The notes: a model not told the origin generated them from the letters alone. DNA of 64,000 bases from Myxococcota bacterium (GCA_040386535.1 JAZKFH010000025.1:64001-128000), one strand, 5' to 3'; shown: positions 21,163 through 31,489, numbered from the stretch's first letter. Made by a program: numbers and translations.

Positions 21163-21191
21163 CCCAGCAACCAAAGAACCGAGCTACCAGG

Positions 21192-23774
21192 TCAGAAGTT
21201 GATGACGGCGCTGTCGTCCTTCGCCACGTTTCCCGGGACGACCACCCGCGCGCCGGGCGGGCCGTAGAGGCCGAGGTAGGTCACGTAGTAGCCGGTGACC
21301 TTCTTCACGTAGTCCCGCGTTTCCGGGTAGGGGATCTGCTCGACGTAGTCATCCACCCGGATGTTGGGGCCCCAGGGCCGCAACCACGAGGAGACGTTGT
21401 GGGGGCCGCCGTTGTAGGACGCCACGGCGAGCGGGAAGGCGCCGCCGAAGCGATCGAGCAGGCGCGAGAGGTACCAGACGCCGTACCGCACGTTGGTCGA
21501 GGGGTCCTCGAGCTGCTCGGGCGAGTAGTGGGGATCGCCCATCAGCGCCGCGACGCGCGCGCCGGTGCGTGGCATGACCTGCATCAGGCCGATGGCGCCG
21601 ACGGGGGAGAGCGCCCACTGGCGGTACACGCTCTCCTGCCGCATGAGGCCGAGGGCGAGCAGGGGATCGACGTCGTAGCGGGATCCGTGGCGGTACAACG
21701 CGTCGACGTACGCGGTGGGGAAGGCGTAGCGGAGCGCCTGGACACGCTGGTCGTCGTTGGACGCGAGCTTGGACGCGCCCCAGGAGAACCGCGCGGCGTG
21801 GTGATCGTCGCGCGTGAAGAGGAAGATGTTGCGCCACTCGGGGACGCTGAACGACACCTCGCGCAGGGCCAGCGACACGGGGTCGGCGGTGGTCTGCGCG
21901 GCCTCGATCGCGTCGTACATGCGGGCCATGAGCGGCGCGGAGTGGCGGTACACACCGGCCCGCGCGAGGTCGGCGGCGGCGGCGGCCCACGGGAGGGCGG
22001 TGCCGTGGTCCTCCGCGAGGGTGGCGAGGAGCTTGTCGGCGGTGACGGGATCGTAGAGGAAGCTCGGGCGGTAGGCGTCGGGGCGCGCCTCGTAGCGGGG
22101 CGTCGAATCCGGGGGCGGGAGGGGCACGCTCTCGACCGCGGCGCCCGCCACGGTGGTGGTCGCCGTGGTGTTCCAGGCGAGGGCCGACCAGTCGGCGGCG
22201 CGCGCGCGGTCGGGGGCGGGGGCACGCGACGCCAGGACGGCGACGGGCACGCCGCCCGTGCGGACGCGCGCGAGCGGCGGGAGGGTGGGGGAGGGGGGGC
22301 CGGGCCAGCGGCCGTCGCGGGCGGTCCACGTATCGATGGCGGGGGAGGGGGCGCCGCCGGCTTCCACCGAGCTGGCGCCCAGCCCGCGGGTGAGCGCCGC
22401 GTACCAGCCCATCGGCTCGCGCGCGCGGATGTTCTCTCGCTCGGCGTCGGCCTCGGCCGTGCGCCCGAGCGCGTCGAGCGTACGCGCGCGATAGTAGCGG
22501 GCCGCGGTCGCGTCATCGGCGCCGCTCGCGACGATGGCGTCCAGGCGGATGAGCGCGTCATCGAACGTGCCGGCCCGAAAGGCGGCGTACGCGGCGAGCC
22601 ACTTCGCCTCCTTGCCGAAGGCGCCGCCGGTCTTGCCGAGCTCGGTGAAGGACACCACGGCGTCGGCGTACCGGCCGGCGAGCAGCTGGGCGCGCGCGAC
22701 CTCGGTGCGGACGGAGCGGAAGCGGCTGCTGCCGCCGTGGGTCTTCTGGCCGGCCTGGAGCTGATCCACCGCCGCCGCCCACTGCCCGCCGCGGGCGAGC
22801 GCCCGGTAGCGTTGCCACGCGGTCTCGGCGTCGGGCTTCTTGGCGTACTGCTCCGCGAGCTGGGCGGCGACGATGTCGTACTGCTTGGTGCTCCAGGCGA
22901 AGCGCTCCTGCTGGGACTCCACCCACGAGGCCAGCTGCGGATCGTCGGCGGCGCGCGACGCGAGCGACTGGAACTTCTCCCACGCCTCGGTCTCGTAGCC
23001 GCAGCGCTTGCGCTCGGCGGCGAACCGGCACTCGGTCGCGACGGTGTCCGGCAGCGCGGTGGACAGCCCATCCTCGGCGAGGGCGTCCAGCCGGGCCTGC
23101 GCTGTCTCCCCGGTGGAGTGGTAGGTGTGGTCGAGCACGAGGTTCTGGAGCATCGGGATGCCCTGCGAGGGGCTCCCGTTGGTGACGGCGAGGGCGATGC
23201 CGAGACGGAGCGTCTCCTCGCGCGGGGTGTCGGGGTGCTTCTCGAGGTAGGCGTTGTACGCGGCGATGGCGGGGCCGCGCTCGCCGGCGGCGACCCACGC
23301 GTCCCCGATGAGGACGAGGCACTCGTCGGCGTGCTCGCCGTCGGGCCACGCGGCGCGGTAGGCCTGGCACTCGCGCGCGGCGACGCTGTGGCGCCCGCGC
23401 AGATGGTCGGCGTAGGCCTCGTACCAGGCACCCCAGGGCGCCACGGGGGCGCCGCTGGCGCGCACCTTGGAGAACTGGCCGCTGGCGAGGTTGGGCTCGT
23501 CCAGATCAAGCCACGTCAGGCCGAGCGCGAGCTGTACGGCCGCGCGGGTGCGGGCGCTGCCGGCTTTCTGGGCGAGCCAAGCCTCGTAGTACCAGGCGGC
23601 CGCGCGGTTGTCGCCCTGGGTGCGGCGGTCGATGGCGGCCTGGAGGAGATCCGCTGGGAGCGGCGCTACGCGGCCCGGCGGGACCGAGGGCGCTGTGGCG
23701 AGGACCGTGCCGGGGACGCCGGAAGCGGGCGACGCCGCGAGCGCGAGCGCCAGCAGGCTAACGACGAAGCTCAT
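21192..23774 (-). CDS. Soluble lytic murein transglycosylase (Slt-like, TPR + SLT domain)
   Basis: LMRQES, SPVGAIGLMQVMPRT, ASYNGG, IPYPETRDYVKKV; signal peptide. Confidence 0.92.
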   Translation of the reverse strand: MSFVVSLLALALAASPASGVPGTVLATAPSVPPGRVAPLPADLLQAAIDRRTQGDNRAAAWYYEAWLAQKAGSARTRAAVQLALGLTWLDLDEPNLASGQFSKVRASGAPVAPWGAWYEAYADHLRGRHSVAARECQAYRAAWPDGEHADECLVLIGDAWVAAGERGPAIAAYNAYLEKHPDTPREETLRLGIALAVTNGSPSQGIPMLQNLVLDHTYHSTGETAQARLDALAEDGLSTALPDTVATECRFAAERKRCGYETEAWEKFQSLASRAADDPQLASWVESQQERFAWSTKQYDIVAAQLAEQYAKKPDAETAWQRYRALARGGQWAAAVDQLQAGQKTHGGSSRFRSVRTEVARAQLLAGRYADAVVSFTELGKTGGAFGKEAKWLAAYAAFRAGTFDDALIRLDAIVASGADDATAARYYRARTLDALGRTAEADAERENIRAREPMGWYAALTRGLGASSVEAGGAPSPAIDTWTARDGRWPGPPSPTLPPLARVRTGGVPVAVLASRAPAPDRARAADWSALAWNTTATTTVAGAAVESVPLPPPDSTPRYEARPDAYRPSFLYDPVTADKLLATLAEDHGTALPWAAAAADLARAGVYRHSAPLMARMYDAIEAAQTTADPVSLALREVSFSVPEWRNIFLFTRDDHHAARFSWGASKLASNDDQRVQALRYAFPTAYVDALYRHGSRYDVDPLLALGLMRQESVYRQWALSPVGAIGLMQVMPRTGARVAALMGDPHYSPEQLEDPSTNVRYGVWYLSRLLDRFGGAFPLAVASYNGGPHNVSSWLRPWGPNIRVDDYVEQIPYPETRDYVKKVTGYYVTYLGLYGPPGARVVVPGNVAKDDSAVINF

Positions 23775-24420
23775 CCTCGCGGACCCCGGTGGTGAACGTG
23801 CCATCCTCCGACCACAACGTGTAGACGGCGCCGGGGCCGGCCTCCTGCACCCAGAAGCGCCCGCCCGCGGTGCGCTCGACCTGCTGCCCGACCATGTACC
23901 GGGCGCCCTCGGGCGGCGCGGGCACCGTGATGGGCTCGCTGTGCTCGATCCACTCGGCGTACCCGCCGCGGAGGCGCCGGGCGAGGTGCCAGCCCTGCTC
24001 GCGGAGCCACTCGGCGAGGACCGAACCGTCGTCACCGCCGACCTGGTCGTACACGGTGACGCGCATCTCCTTTGCCGGGAGCAGATCGAGCCGCTTCTTG
24101 ATCTGGTCGAGCGGGAGGAGGCGGGCGCCCTGGATGAGGCCCGCCCCACACTCGTTGGGGTGCCGGATGTCGATGAGGTAGGGCGACACGTTGCTGATGA
24201 CCTGCGACGCGAGCCAGGTGCGGCCGATGTCCTCGCGGTGCTTGGGGCCCGGCGTGTCCCCCGAGCCGTCGACCACCTTGGGGATGAGGTTCGGGTCGAA
24301 CGCAGCCGGAGACGCGACGCCCCGCTTGAGGTCGACCGGGCGCGCGCTCGCGTCGAATTCCATCCCGAAGAACTTCAGCGCGGCCTTCTTGGCCCCGTTC
24401 TTGATGCGGTCGCGGATCAT
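23758..24420 (-). CDS. Rhodanese-like domain protein
   Basis: 'LIDIRHPNE...IQGARLLPL', 'LRGGYAEW'. Active-site loop reads YDQVG, with no Cys. Confidence 0.78.
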   Translation of the reverse strand: MIRDRIKNGAKKAALKFFGMEFDASARPVDLKRGVASPAAFDPNLIPKVVDGSGDTPGPKHREDIGRTWLASQVISNVSPYLIDIRHPNECGAGLIQGARLLPLDQIKKRLDLLPAKEMRVTVYDQVGGDDGSVLAEWLREQGWHLARRLRGGYAEWIEHSEPITVPAPPEGARYMVGQQVERTAGGRFWVQEAGPGAVYTLWSEDGTFTTGVREDELRR

Positions 24421-24442
24421 CGGTTCGCTCCTCGGCGTTCGG

Positions 24443-24880
24443 CTAGCGGTCCCGACCGTTAGCCTGCCGCGTGCGCTCCGTGTAGGCCTGGAGCGCGGTC
24501 AACCCTTCGTCCGCGAACGTGTCGAGCGTGATGGCGACCCGGTGGGTTGCCGCCACGAAGTCGTCGCGCTCGTCGATGGGGATGGGCGAGATGCGATCCA
24601 CGCGCGCGCCCCCCCGCCAGCGTCGGGGCTCGCCGGGAATGCCGAGCTCGAAGAGGAGCACGTCGCCGTCGGCACACACGGGCATGTCGTCGAACGCGAT
24701 GCCCGCCACGCTGAAGTTCATGGTGGGGTCGGGCGCGCGCTCGGCGCTCCGCGCGGGGCCCCCCGCCACCCAGGCCGCCACGTCGGCGGCGCCGCCGGGC
24801 GCCCGGTGGTACCGGAAGTCGAGCGTGCCGTGGGCGCGGGGCGGCGCCGGCTGGGGGACATCGGAACGTGCACCTTCCAT
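24443..24880 (-). CDS. Hypothetical protein (PilZ-like features possible)
   Basis: ATG with GGAG upstream; 'MNFSVAGIAF' and 'RVAITL' resemble PilZ-type strands; typical codon usage. Confidence 0.55.
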   Translation of the reverse strand: MEGARSDVPQPAPPRAHGTLDFRYHRAPGGAADVAAWVAGGPARSAERAPDPTMNFSVAGIAFDDMPVCADGDVLLFELGIPGEPRRWRGGARVDRISPIPIDERDDFVAATHRVAITLDTFADEGLTALQAYTERTRQANGRDR

Positions 24881-25117
24881 GGAGACTCCAGCCGAGGGGC
24901 AGGCTAGCCGAGGTCGCGTTCCACGGCAATGTACGCATGCTGTCCCGGTGGCCGCGCCTCCAGAATGGCGGCCCGCACGGCATCCGCACGGCGATGCCCC
25001 GCGAACGTCACGGCGGCCGGGTACGGCGCGACGGGGGTGGCGCCGATTCGCGGGGATGTCGGTAACCTTCGGCGTACCAGGTGGCGAAAGTCCGGTTATC
25101 GTGGAGCCGGAGGCGAG

Positions 25118-26428
25118 ATGGCTTCGGACCGGAGACTCTCCGAGCTTTCGCGCGAGCTGCTCGCGGCGCGCGCGGAGGCCGAGCACCTCGCCACGCACGA
25201 TGCGCTCACCGGCTGCCTCACCCGAACGGGGCTCGCGCGCGTGCTCGACGGCGCCCACCTCGACGCGGCGCCGCTCGTGGCGCTGTTCGTCGACTGCGAC
25301 GACTTCGATCGGGTGAACGATCACTTCGGGCACGCGGTGGGGGACGTGGTGCTGCGCGACCTCGCCACACGCATCCGCGACGCCCTGCGCGCGGGAGATG
25401 CGCTCGGACGCCTCGGGGGGGACTGCTTCCTCGCGCTGCTGCCGGCGACCGAGCTCATCGAGGCGCGGGCGCTGGCGGAGCGGGTCCGGCTCGTCGTCTC
25501 GACCGAACCGTTCGCGTGGGACCCCGGCCCGCTCCAGCTCACCGTGAGCATCGGCATGGCGCGCGTCTCGTCGGGGTCCATGTCGCTGGAAGAGGTGCTC
25601 TCCCTCGCGCGGATCGGCGTGCAGAAGAGCAAGATCCGCGGGAAGAACCGCGTTTCGGCGGCGGATGACGCCCAGACCGCCACCGCCTGGCTCGCGCCCT
25701 CCCTCCGCGCGTTCATGGCGGTGGTGCAGGACGGTGAGGGGCTCACCATGTTCGCGCAGGACATCCGCGCGTTGCCGAGCGAGCGCCCGGTGGGCTGCGA
25801 GCTGCTCGTGCGGGGCGCGCCCGGCCCGCTCGCGAGCCCGGCCGACCTGTTCCGCATGGCGACGGAGCACCACCTCTCCACCACGGTCGACATGTTCTGC
25901 CTCCGCCTCGCGGTCACGGCCGCGGTGGGGGCGGGCCTGCGGGGCAGCATCCACCTCAACCTCCTGCCCGCGACCCTCCTCGAGGTCGCCATGGAGCAGA
26001 TCGTGGGGCTGCTCGCGGCGCCGCCGCCGGGGGGGCGCTGGTGCGTGGAGCTCTCGGAGCGGCAGTTCCTCGGGGACCCCGAGGAGCTCATCACGGCCGT
26101 CGGCCACCTCCGCCGCGCCGGGATCTGCGTGGCGGTGGACGACGTGGGCAGCTGCCGCGGGACGCTCGACAGCATCGTGGTCCTCGAGCCCGAGGTGGCC
26201 AAGCTCGACATCCGGCTGGTGCGCGGCATCGCGGAGGATCCGATGCACCGCCGCGTGGTGGAGCGGCTGGTGCGGCTCGCCGCGGCGCTCGACGCGGAGG
26301 TTGTCGCCGAGGGCATCGAGAACCGCGCCGACCTCGCCGTGCTGCTCGAGCTGGGCGTCACGATGGGGCAGGGCTTCCTCTGGGGGCGCCCCGCTCCGGT
26401 CGTGTCGTCGGCATCGTCCGCTCGTTAG
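25118..26428 (+). CDS. GGDEF-EAL protein with degenerate motifs
   Basis: HDALTG, NDHFGHAVGD, RLGGDCF; EAL domain ELLVR, DDVGSC, KLD, VVAEGIE, GQGF; GGAGG RBS. Confidence 0.88.
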   Translation: MASDRRLSELSRELLAARAEAEHLATHDALTGCLTRTGLARVLDGAHLDAAPLVALFVDCDDFDRVNDHFGHAVGDVVLRDLATRIRDALRAGDALGRLGGDCFLALLPATELIEARALAERVRLVVSTEPFAWDPGPLQLTVSIGMARVSSGSMSLEEVLSLARIGVQKSKIRGKNRVSAADDAQTATAWLAPSLRAFMAVVQDGEGLTMFAQDIRALPSERPVGCELLVRGAPGPLASPADLFRMATEHHLSTTVDMFCLRLAVTAAVGAGLRGSIHLNLLPATLLEVAMEQIVGLLAAPPPGGRWCVELSERQFLGDPEELITAVGHLRRAGICVAVDDVGSCRGTLDSIVVLEPEVAKLDIRLVRGIAEDPMHRRVVERLVRLAAALDAEVVAEGIENRADLAVLLELGVTMGQGFLWGRPAPVVSSASSAR

Positions 26429-26432
26429 GCGG

Positions 26433-28907
26433 TCACTCTCCGAGGAGCACGTAGACCGCGCCGCCGCCGACCGCCGCGCCGTCCGAGCCCGTGGCGCCGA
26501 GGAGGAGATCCTCGCGGCCGTCGCCGTCGGCGTCCCCGCCCGCCGCGAGGCCCGCGCCGAGGTAGTCGCCGGCGTTGGTGCCCAGGAACAGGGCGGAGGC
26601 GTTGGCCGTGGTCCACGCGCCGGTCGTGCCGGAGCCAGGCTCGAAGCGGTAGACCGCGCCCGCGTCGGTACCCGCGGTGTCGTCGCCGTACGCGCCGACG
26701 TAGATCTCGTCGGCGCCGTCACCGTCGAGGTCGGAGGCGTAGCCGCCGCTGATGCCGAAGGAGCCGGCCGTGCCGCTGATGATCACGTCCGCCGTCGAGA
26801 CGCTGGCGCTGCCGCTCAACGAGCCGGCGTCCCAGAACAGCCACACGTTGCCCGTGGTGTCGTTGTTCAGCGCGAGATCGAGGGTGCCGTCACCGTCGTG
26901 GTCGCCGGGGGCCGCGAGCGGATCACTTCCCAGGTATTGGGAGCTGCTGCTGCCGAGCAGGCGCGTGTCCATCGCGTCGTCCGCGCGGTCGTCCCAGGCG
27001 AGCGACGTGTTGCCGTTGAACACGTAGATGCCGCCCGCGTTGCTGGCGCCGTCGTCCAGGCCGTACGCGCCCGCCATGATGTCGCCGTAGCCGTCGTCGT
27101 CGAGGTCGGCGACGAGGAGCGAGTAGCCGAGGTAGTCGCTGGCGCCGCTCCCGCCGATCTGATCGTCGGCGTCGTACAGATCGTAGCTGCCAGTGAACGC
27201 GCCGCTGCTGAAGATGCCGACGTTCCCCGCCGACGTGTCGTAGGTGTCGTAGTAATAGCCGTCGTCGACGAGGTAGTTGTCGGTCGGGCAGCCGGTCACG
27301 ATCTCCGGGGTGCCGTCGCCGTCGAGATCCCCGGACACGGTCCACGCCAACATGTCGTCGCCCGAGTCGCCCTCGAACCGCGCCGTGTACGTGGAGCCGG
27401 TGGAGATGGAGCCGGACAGCGTGCTGCCGCCCGCGAGCAGCCAGCCGCGGCCCTCGTAGTAGTACGAGCTCGATCCGGTCACGAGCAGATCGGCCGTGCC
27501 GTCCCCCGTGAGGTCCTCGAGCGGCCCGGCCACGTTGCCGAGGATGTAGTACCCCGAGGAGCTGGTGACCTCGGCGGTGTCGTAGTCGCGCACGCTGCCG
27601 CCCGCGGTCGCACCCGTGGCGCCGCTCACGACCCAGGCGTAGCCGTAGCTGCTCGAGTCGCTCGCCACGACGAGATCGTCGCCGCCGTCGCCGTCCAGGT
27701 CGCCACCGAGCGAGAGGTTGCCGGCGCCGCCGAGACCGAGCGAGGAGATCGGGCCGTACAACAGGCCGCTGGCGATGTCGCCGATGCCGACGTCGTCGAT
27801 CACGCCGTCGCAGTCGTTGTCGGCGCCGTCGAGGGTCTCGGTGACGGGGCCCGTGACCGTAGCGTCGGTGTCGTTGCAGTCATCGACGTAGTCCGCCCCG
27901 TCGGCGTCCTGGTCGTAGTCGCTGTTGCCCGCGCAGTCGGAGTCGATGCCGTCGTACCAGGCGTCCCGCGCGCCCGGGTAGCTGGTGGGATCCTCGTCCG
28001 CGCAGTCGTCGGGGACCGGCGAGCCGTCGGCGTCCTGATCGTTGTCGTCGTTGCCCGCGCAGTCGGAGTCGATGCCGTCGTACCAGTCGTCCGTGGCGTT
28101 CGGGTTGATCGCCGCGTCCAGGTCGTCACAGTCGACCCCGTAGCGGAAGCCGTCCTGGTCCTGGTCGAAGTCGTCGTCTCCCGCGCAGTCCTGGTCCAGA
28201 CCGTCGTACCAGGTCTCCTCGGCCCCGGGGAACGAGGTGGCGTCGTCATCGTCGCAGTCGTCGTCGAAGGACGATCCGTCGGCGTCGCGATCGTAGTCGT
28301 CGCCGCCCGCGCAGTCCTGGTCCACGCCGTCGTACCAGACCTCGGTCGCGCCCGGGTAGGCGGAGGCATCGGCGTCATCACAGTCGAGCCCGCCGGAGTC
28401 CAGGCTCCCCACACCGTCCGCGTCGGCGTCGATCTGGGCCGTGCCGGTGAGCGGCACGACGATCCGCGCGTCGCCGCTGGCGTCGGTGACGACGAGGTCG
28501 GCGGTGAAGGCGCCGAAGTCGCCCGGGGTGAAGGTGAGGGCGAGGTCGGCGGTGGCGCCGGGCCCGGGGGAGGTGGCGGGCGCGACGAGGGTGAAGGAGG
28601 CGTCGCCCTCGATGACGGCGGCGAGCTGGATCTCGCCATCGCCGACGTTCTCGACTGTGACGACGCCGGCCCCGGTTCCGCCGACGAAGACCACGCCGAA
28701 GTCGAACGACGCGGGGCTGACGGAGAGGGCGCCGTCGACCACCGTGTCGATGTCGCCGCCCGTGTCGTCGCCGCTGCCCTTGTCGTCGAAGACGATGGTG
28801 ACGGGCGTGCAGGCGATGGCGAGGAAGAGCGGCAGCGCCGCGCCCGTGATCGTGCGGATCGAGCGTGTGTGGGTCATCGAGCCGGGGAGCGAGGGGGCGT
28901 GACGCAT
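26433..28907 (-). CDS. Lipoprotein with Ig-like domain, MopE-related repeats and FG-GAP repeats
   Basis: LAIAC lipobox; 'SPASFDFG..V' Ig-like domain; five WYDG/LDG..DC repeats; FG-GAP repeats. Confidence 0.87.
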   Translation of the reverse strand: MRHAPSLPGSMTHTRSIRTITGAALPLFLAIACTPVTIVFDDKGSGDDTGGDIDTVVDGALSVSPASFDFGVVFVGGTGAGVVTVENVGDGEIQLAAVIEGDASFTLVAPATSPGPGATADLALTFTPGDFGAFTADLVVTDASGDARIVVPLTGTAQIDADADGVGSLDSGGLDCDDADASAYPGATEVWYDGVDQDCAGGDDYDRDADGSSFDDDCDDDDATSFPGAEETWYDGLDQDCAGDDDFDQDQDGFRYGVDCDDLDAAINPNATDDWYDGIDSDCAGNDDNDQDADGSPVPDDCADEDPTSYPGARDAWYDGIDSDCAGNSDYDQDADGADYVDDCNDTDATVTGPVTETLDGADNDCDGVIDDVGIGDIASGLLYGPISSLGLGGAGNLSLGGDLDGDGGDDLVVASDSSSYGYAWVVSGATGATAGGSVRDYDTAEVTSSSGYYILGNVAGPLEDLTGDGTADLLVTGSSSYYYEGRGWLLAGGSTLSGSISTGSTYTARFEGDSGDDMLAWTVSGDLDGDGTPEIVTGCPTDNYLVDDGYYYDTYDTSAGNVGIFSSGAFTGSYDLYDADDQIGGSGASDYLGYSLLVADLDDDGYGDIMAGAYGLDDGASNAGGIYVFNGNTSLAWDDRADDAMDTRLLGSSSSQYLGSDPLAAPGDHDGDGTLDLALNNDTTGNVWLFWDAGSLSGSASVSTADVIISGTAGSFGISGGYASDLDGDGADEIYVGAYGDDTAGTDAGAVYRFEPGSGTTGAWTTANASALFLGTNAGDYLGAGLAAGGDADGDGREDLLLGATGSDGAAVGGGAVYVLLGE

Positions 28908-28977
28908 GGAATCCTCCGTCCGTCGCGATGCCGCCATCTCACCGATTGGATCGCGGTTCGGGCGTGCGCGGTCGAGA

Positions 28978-31305
28978 TCAGAGCGCGCCCGTGGCCCTCC
29001 GGTGCGCGAGGGTGACCCGGATCGCGTCGAAAGGGACGGATCCCCCGAAGTGATCGAAGATCGGCTTCATGCGGCCGTCCCCGAGCGCGTCGGCGACCGC
29101 GGTGATGCTGGCGTAGTCGGCGTCGTCCACCCACGGGGACACGCTCTCGGGCGCCTCCTCCTCGATCCACTCGGTCAGGTATTGGAGCGTGGTCGACCGG
29201 GCGCGGCCCACGGTGCTCGCCACATCCTCGAGCTTCACCCCGGCGGCGAACAGGGCGAACGCCTGCTTGCGGCCCTCGGTCGGGGTGCGCTCGGGGGCGG
29301 CGTCCACGACGGGACGGGCGGCCTGGCGGGCCGCGGGGCGGGAGCCGCTGCCGGCGCCGAGCGGGACGGCGTTGGCGGCGCACCACTCGGCGATGGTGCC
29401 GAGGAAGCGGTCGCCGAACTTCTCGAGCTTGGCGCCGCCGACTCCCTTGATCGTCGCGAACGAGGCGTGGGAGCCCGGGCGTTGGCGGGCCATCTCGAGC
29501 AGCGGGGCGTCGCCGAAGACGACGTAGGGCGGCACGTTGAGCTCGGTCGCGATGCCGCGGCGGAGCTGGCGCAGGGCCTCGAAGAGGCGGTGCTCGTCGG
29601 GGGACAGGTCGGACGCGGCGCTGCCGTCTGCCTTGCGACGCTTGCGGTCGGACTGCGCGAGCACCTCGGGGGCCCTCGCCCGCAGGAGGTGCACCGGGAC
29701 CTCGCCCTTGAGGATGGGGCCGGAGGGCGCTTCGAGGCGCAACACGGGGAACTCGCCAGCGTCGCGGGAGAGCGCGCCCAGGTCGACCAGCTGGTCGACG
29801 AAGCTCACGATCGTGTCCTTGCCGACCTCGCGGAGGAGGCCGTAGGTGGAGAGCTTGTCGTGGCCGCGCTGGAGGATCTTGGCCTGCGCCGAGCCGCGGA
29901 GCACGTCAGAGAGGTAGGCCGCGCCGTACGCGTCGTTCCGGTCGCCGCGGAGGCGGGCGACGCAGGAGAGGACCTTGCGGGCGATGGTGGTGGAGTCCTC
30001 GACGTCCTCGAGCTCCTGGTTGCACACGTCGCACGCGTTGCAGCCCTGCCCGCCCGTCGAGAGGGAGCCGGCATCGGGAGGCGTGTACGCTTGCCCGAAG
30101 TACTCGGACAGCGCGCGGTGCCGACAACGTGTGCCCGAGGCGACCCGCTGCATCTGGTGGAGCAGGTCCTTCTGGGCCTGGAGGACCGCGGCCGGCACGT
30201 CGACCTCGCTCTCGGCCGAGGAGCGGTCCATCAGCTGGCCCCACCGCACCGCGTCGGAGGACGCGTAGAGCAGCACACACTCCGAGGGGAGGCCGTCGCG
30301 GCCGGCGCGCCCGGTCTCCTGCTGGTAGGCCTCGACCGACTTCGGCATCGACGCGTGCACGACCGCGCGCACGTCGCCGCGATCGATGCCCATGCCGAAC
30401 GCCACCGTGGCGACGACGACCGGGAGCCGCTCGGCGAGGAAATCGTCCTGCACCCGCGCACGTCGGTTCTGGTCGAGCCCGGCGTGGTACGCCGCCGCCT
30501 GGAACCCGCGCCGGGTCAGCGCCTCGGTCACGCTCTCCGTCTGCTTGCGGCTGATGCAGTAGACGATCGCGGCCTCGCCCGGGTGGCGCTTGAGGATGGC
30601 CTCGATCTGCTCCTCGCCCTGGCCCACGCGCGGCAGGACCCGGTAGGTGAGGTTGGGGCGGTCGAATACGCCCACGTGCACGGCGGGATCCACCATGCGG
30701 AGCTGGTGGACGATGTCCTCGCGCACGCGCGGCGTGGCGGTGGCCGTGTAGGCGTGCATCGGGACGCCGGGCAGGACGTCGCGCACCTCGGCGATACGAC
30801 GGTATTCGGGCCGGAAGTCGTGCCCCCACTGGCTGATGCAGTGCGCCTCGTCGATCGCGACGGCGGCCACCGCGCGCTCGGGCAGGTGGCGACCGAGGCC
30901 GGCGAGCCAGGGAAGGAAGCCCTCGGCGAGGAGGCGCTCGGGGGAGACGAAGAGCAGCTTGATGCGGCCCTGTTCGACGCCGCGGCGGGCCTCGGCGGCC
31001 TCCTCGGAGGAGACGGCGCCGTGCAGCGCCGCCGCGGGGTAGCCGGCGAGGCGCAGGCCATCGACCTGGTCCTTCATCAACGCGATGAGCGGAGACACCA
31101 CCACGCAGAGCGCGGCCTCACCCTGAGCGCGCAAGAGCGGCGGGAGCTGGTAGCAGAGGGACTTGCCGCCGCCGGTCGGCAGCACCACCAGCGAGTCGCG
31201 ATGCGCGAGCGCGGCGGAGACGGCCTCGTGCTGGAGCGGGCGGAGGGTGTCGAAGCCCCAGTAGCGCGTGAGGGTGGCGGCGAGTTGGGCTTCGGGGGGC
31301 GACAT
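28978..31305 (-). CDS. recQ: ATP-dependent DNA helicase RecQ
   Basis: PTGGGKSLCYQ, DEAHCISQWGHDFRPEY, ATVAFGMGID, QETGRAGRDG, RQC zinc cysteines, HRDC, C-terminal HTH. Confidence 0.96.
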   Translation of the reverse strand: MSPPEAQLAATLTRYWGFDTLRPLQHEAVSAALAHRDSLVVLPTGGGKSLCYQLPPLLRAQGEAALCVVVSPLIALMKDQVDGLRLAGYPAAALHGAVSSEEAAEARRGVEQGRIKLLFVSPERLLAEGFLPWLAGLGRHLPERAVAAVAIDEAHCISQWGHDFRPEYRRIAEVRDVLPGVPMHAYTATATPRVREDIVHQLRMVDPAVHVGVFDRPNLTYRVLPRVGQGEEQIEAILKRHPGEAAIVYCISRKQTESVTEALTRRGFQAAAYHAGLDQNRRARVQDDFLAERLPVVVATVAFGMGIDRGDVRAVVHASMPKSVEAYQQETGRAGRDGLPSECVLLYASSDAVRWGQLMDRSSAESEVDVPAAVLQAQKDLLHQMQRVASGTRCRHRALSEYFGQAYTPPDAGSLSTGGQGCNACDVCNQELEDVEDSTTIARKVLSCVARLRGDRNDAYGAAYLSDVLRGSAQAKILQRGHDKLSTYGLLREVGKDTIVSFVDQLVDLGALSRDAGEFPVLRLEAPSGPILKGEVPVHLLRARAPEVLAQSDRKRRKADGSAASDLSPDEHRLFEALRQLRRGIATELNVPPYVVFGDAPLLEMARQRPGSHASFATIKGVGGAKLEKFGDRFLGTIAEWCAANAVPLGAGSGSRPAARQAARPVVDAAPERTPTEGRKQAFALFAAGVKLEDVASTVGRARSTTLQYLTEWIEEEAPESVSPWVDDADYASITAVADALGDGRMKPIFDHFGGSVPFDAIRVTLAHRRATGAL

Positions 31306-31329
31306 CGGGGGCGACTAACCCGCCGGGAC

Positions 31330-31425
31330 GCGGGGTAGCCCGCCAGAACCGCGGCTCGGGGCCCCCCTCGGTCCCCCCCAGGGGGGCCCCACCGAGGGAC
31401 CCGGGCCGCAGGCGGGCTACCCCGC
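31330..31425. repeat. ~96-bp nested inverted-repeat element (MITE/REP-like)
   Basis: Perfect 15-bp terminal IR GCGGGGTAGCCCGCC / GGCGGGCTACCCCGC enclosing further stems (GCGGCTCGGG/CCCGGGCCGC, CCCTCGGT/ACCGAGGG). Confidence 0.7.
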
Positions 31426-31489
31426 TGCGCCGTCGTGTCCAGCGCCCAGGAGTCGCCCCCCACAACGGGAGGGGAGGGCGAGGGGAGGC

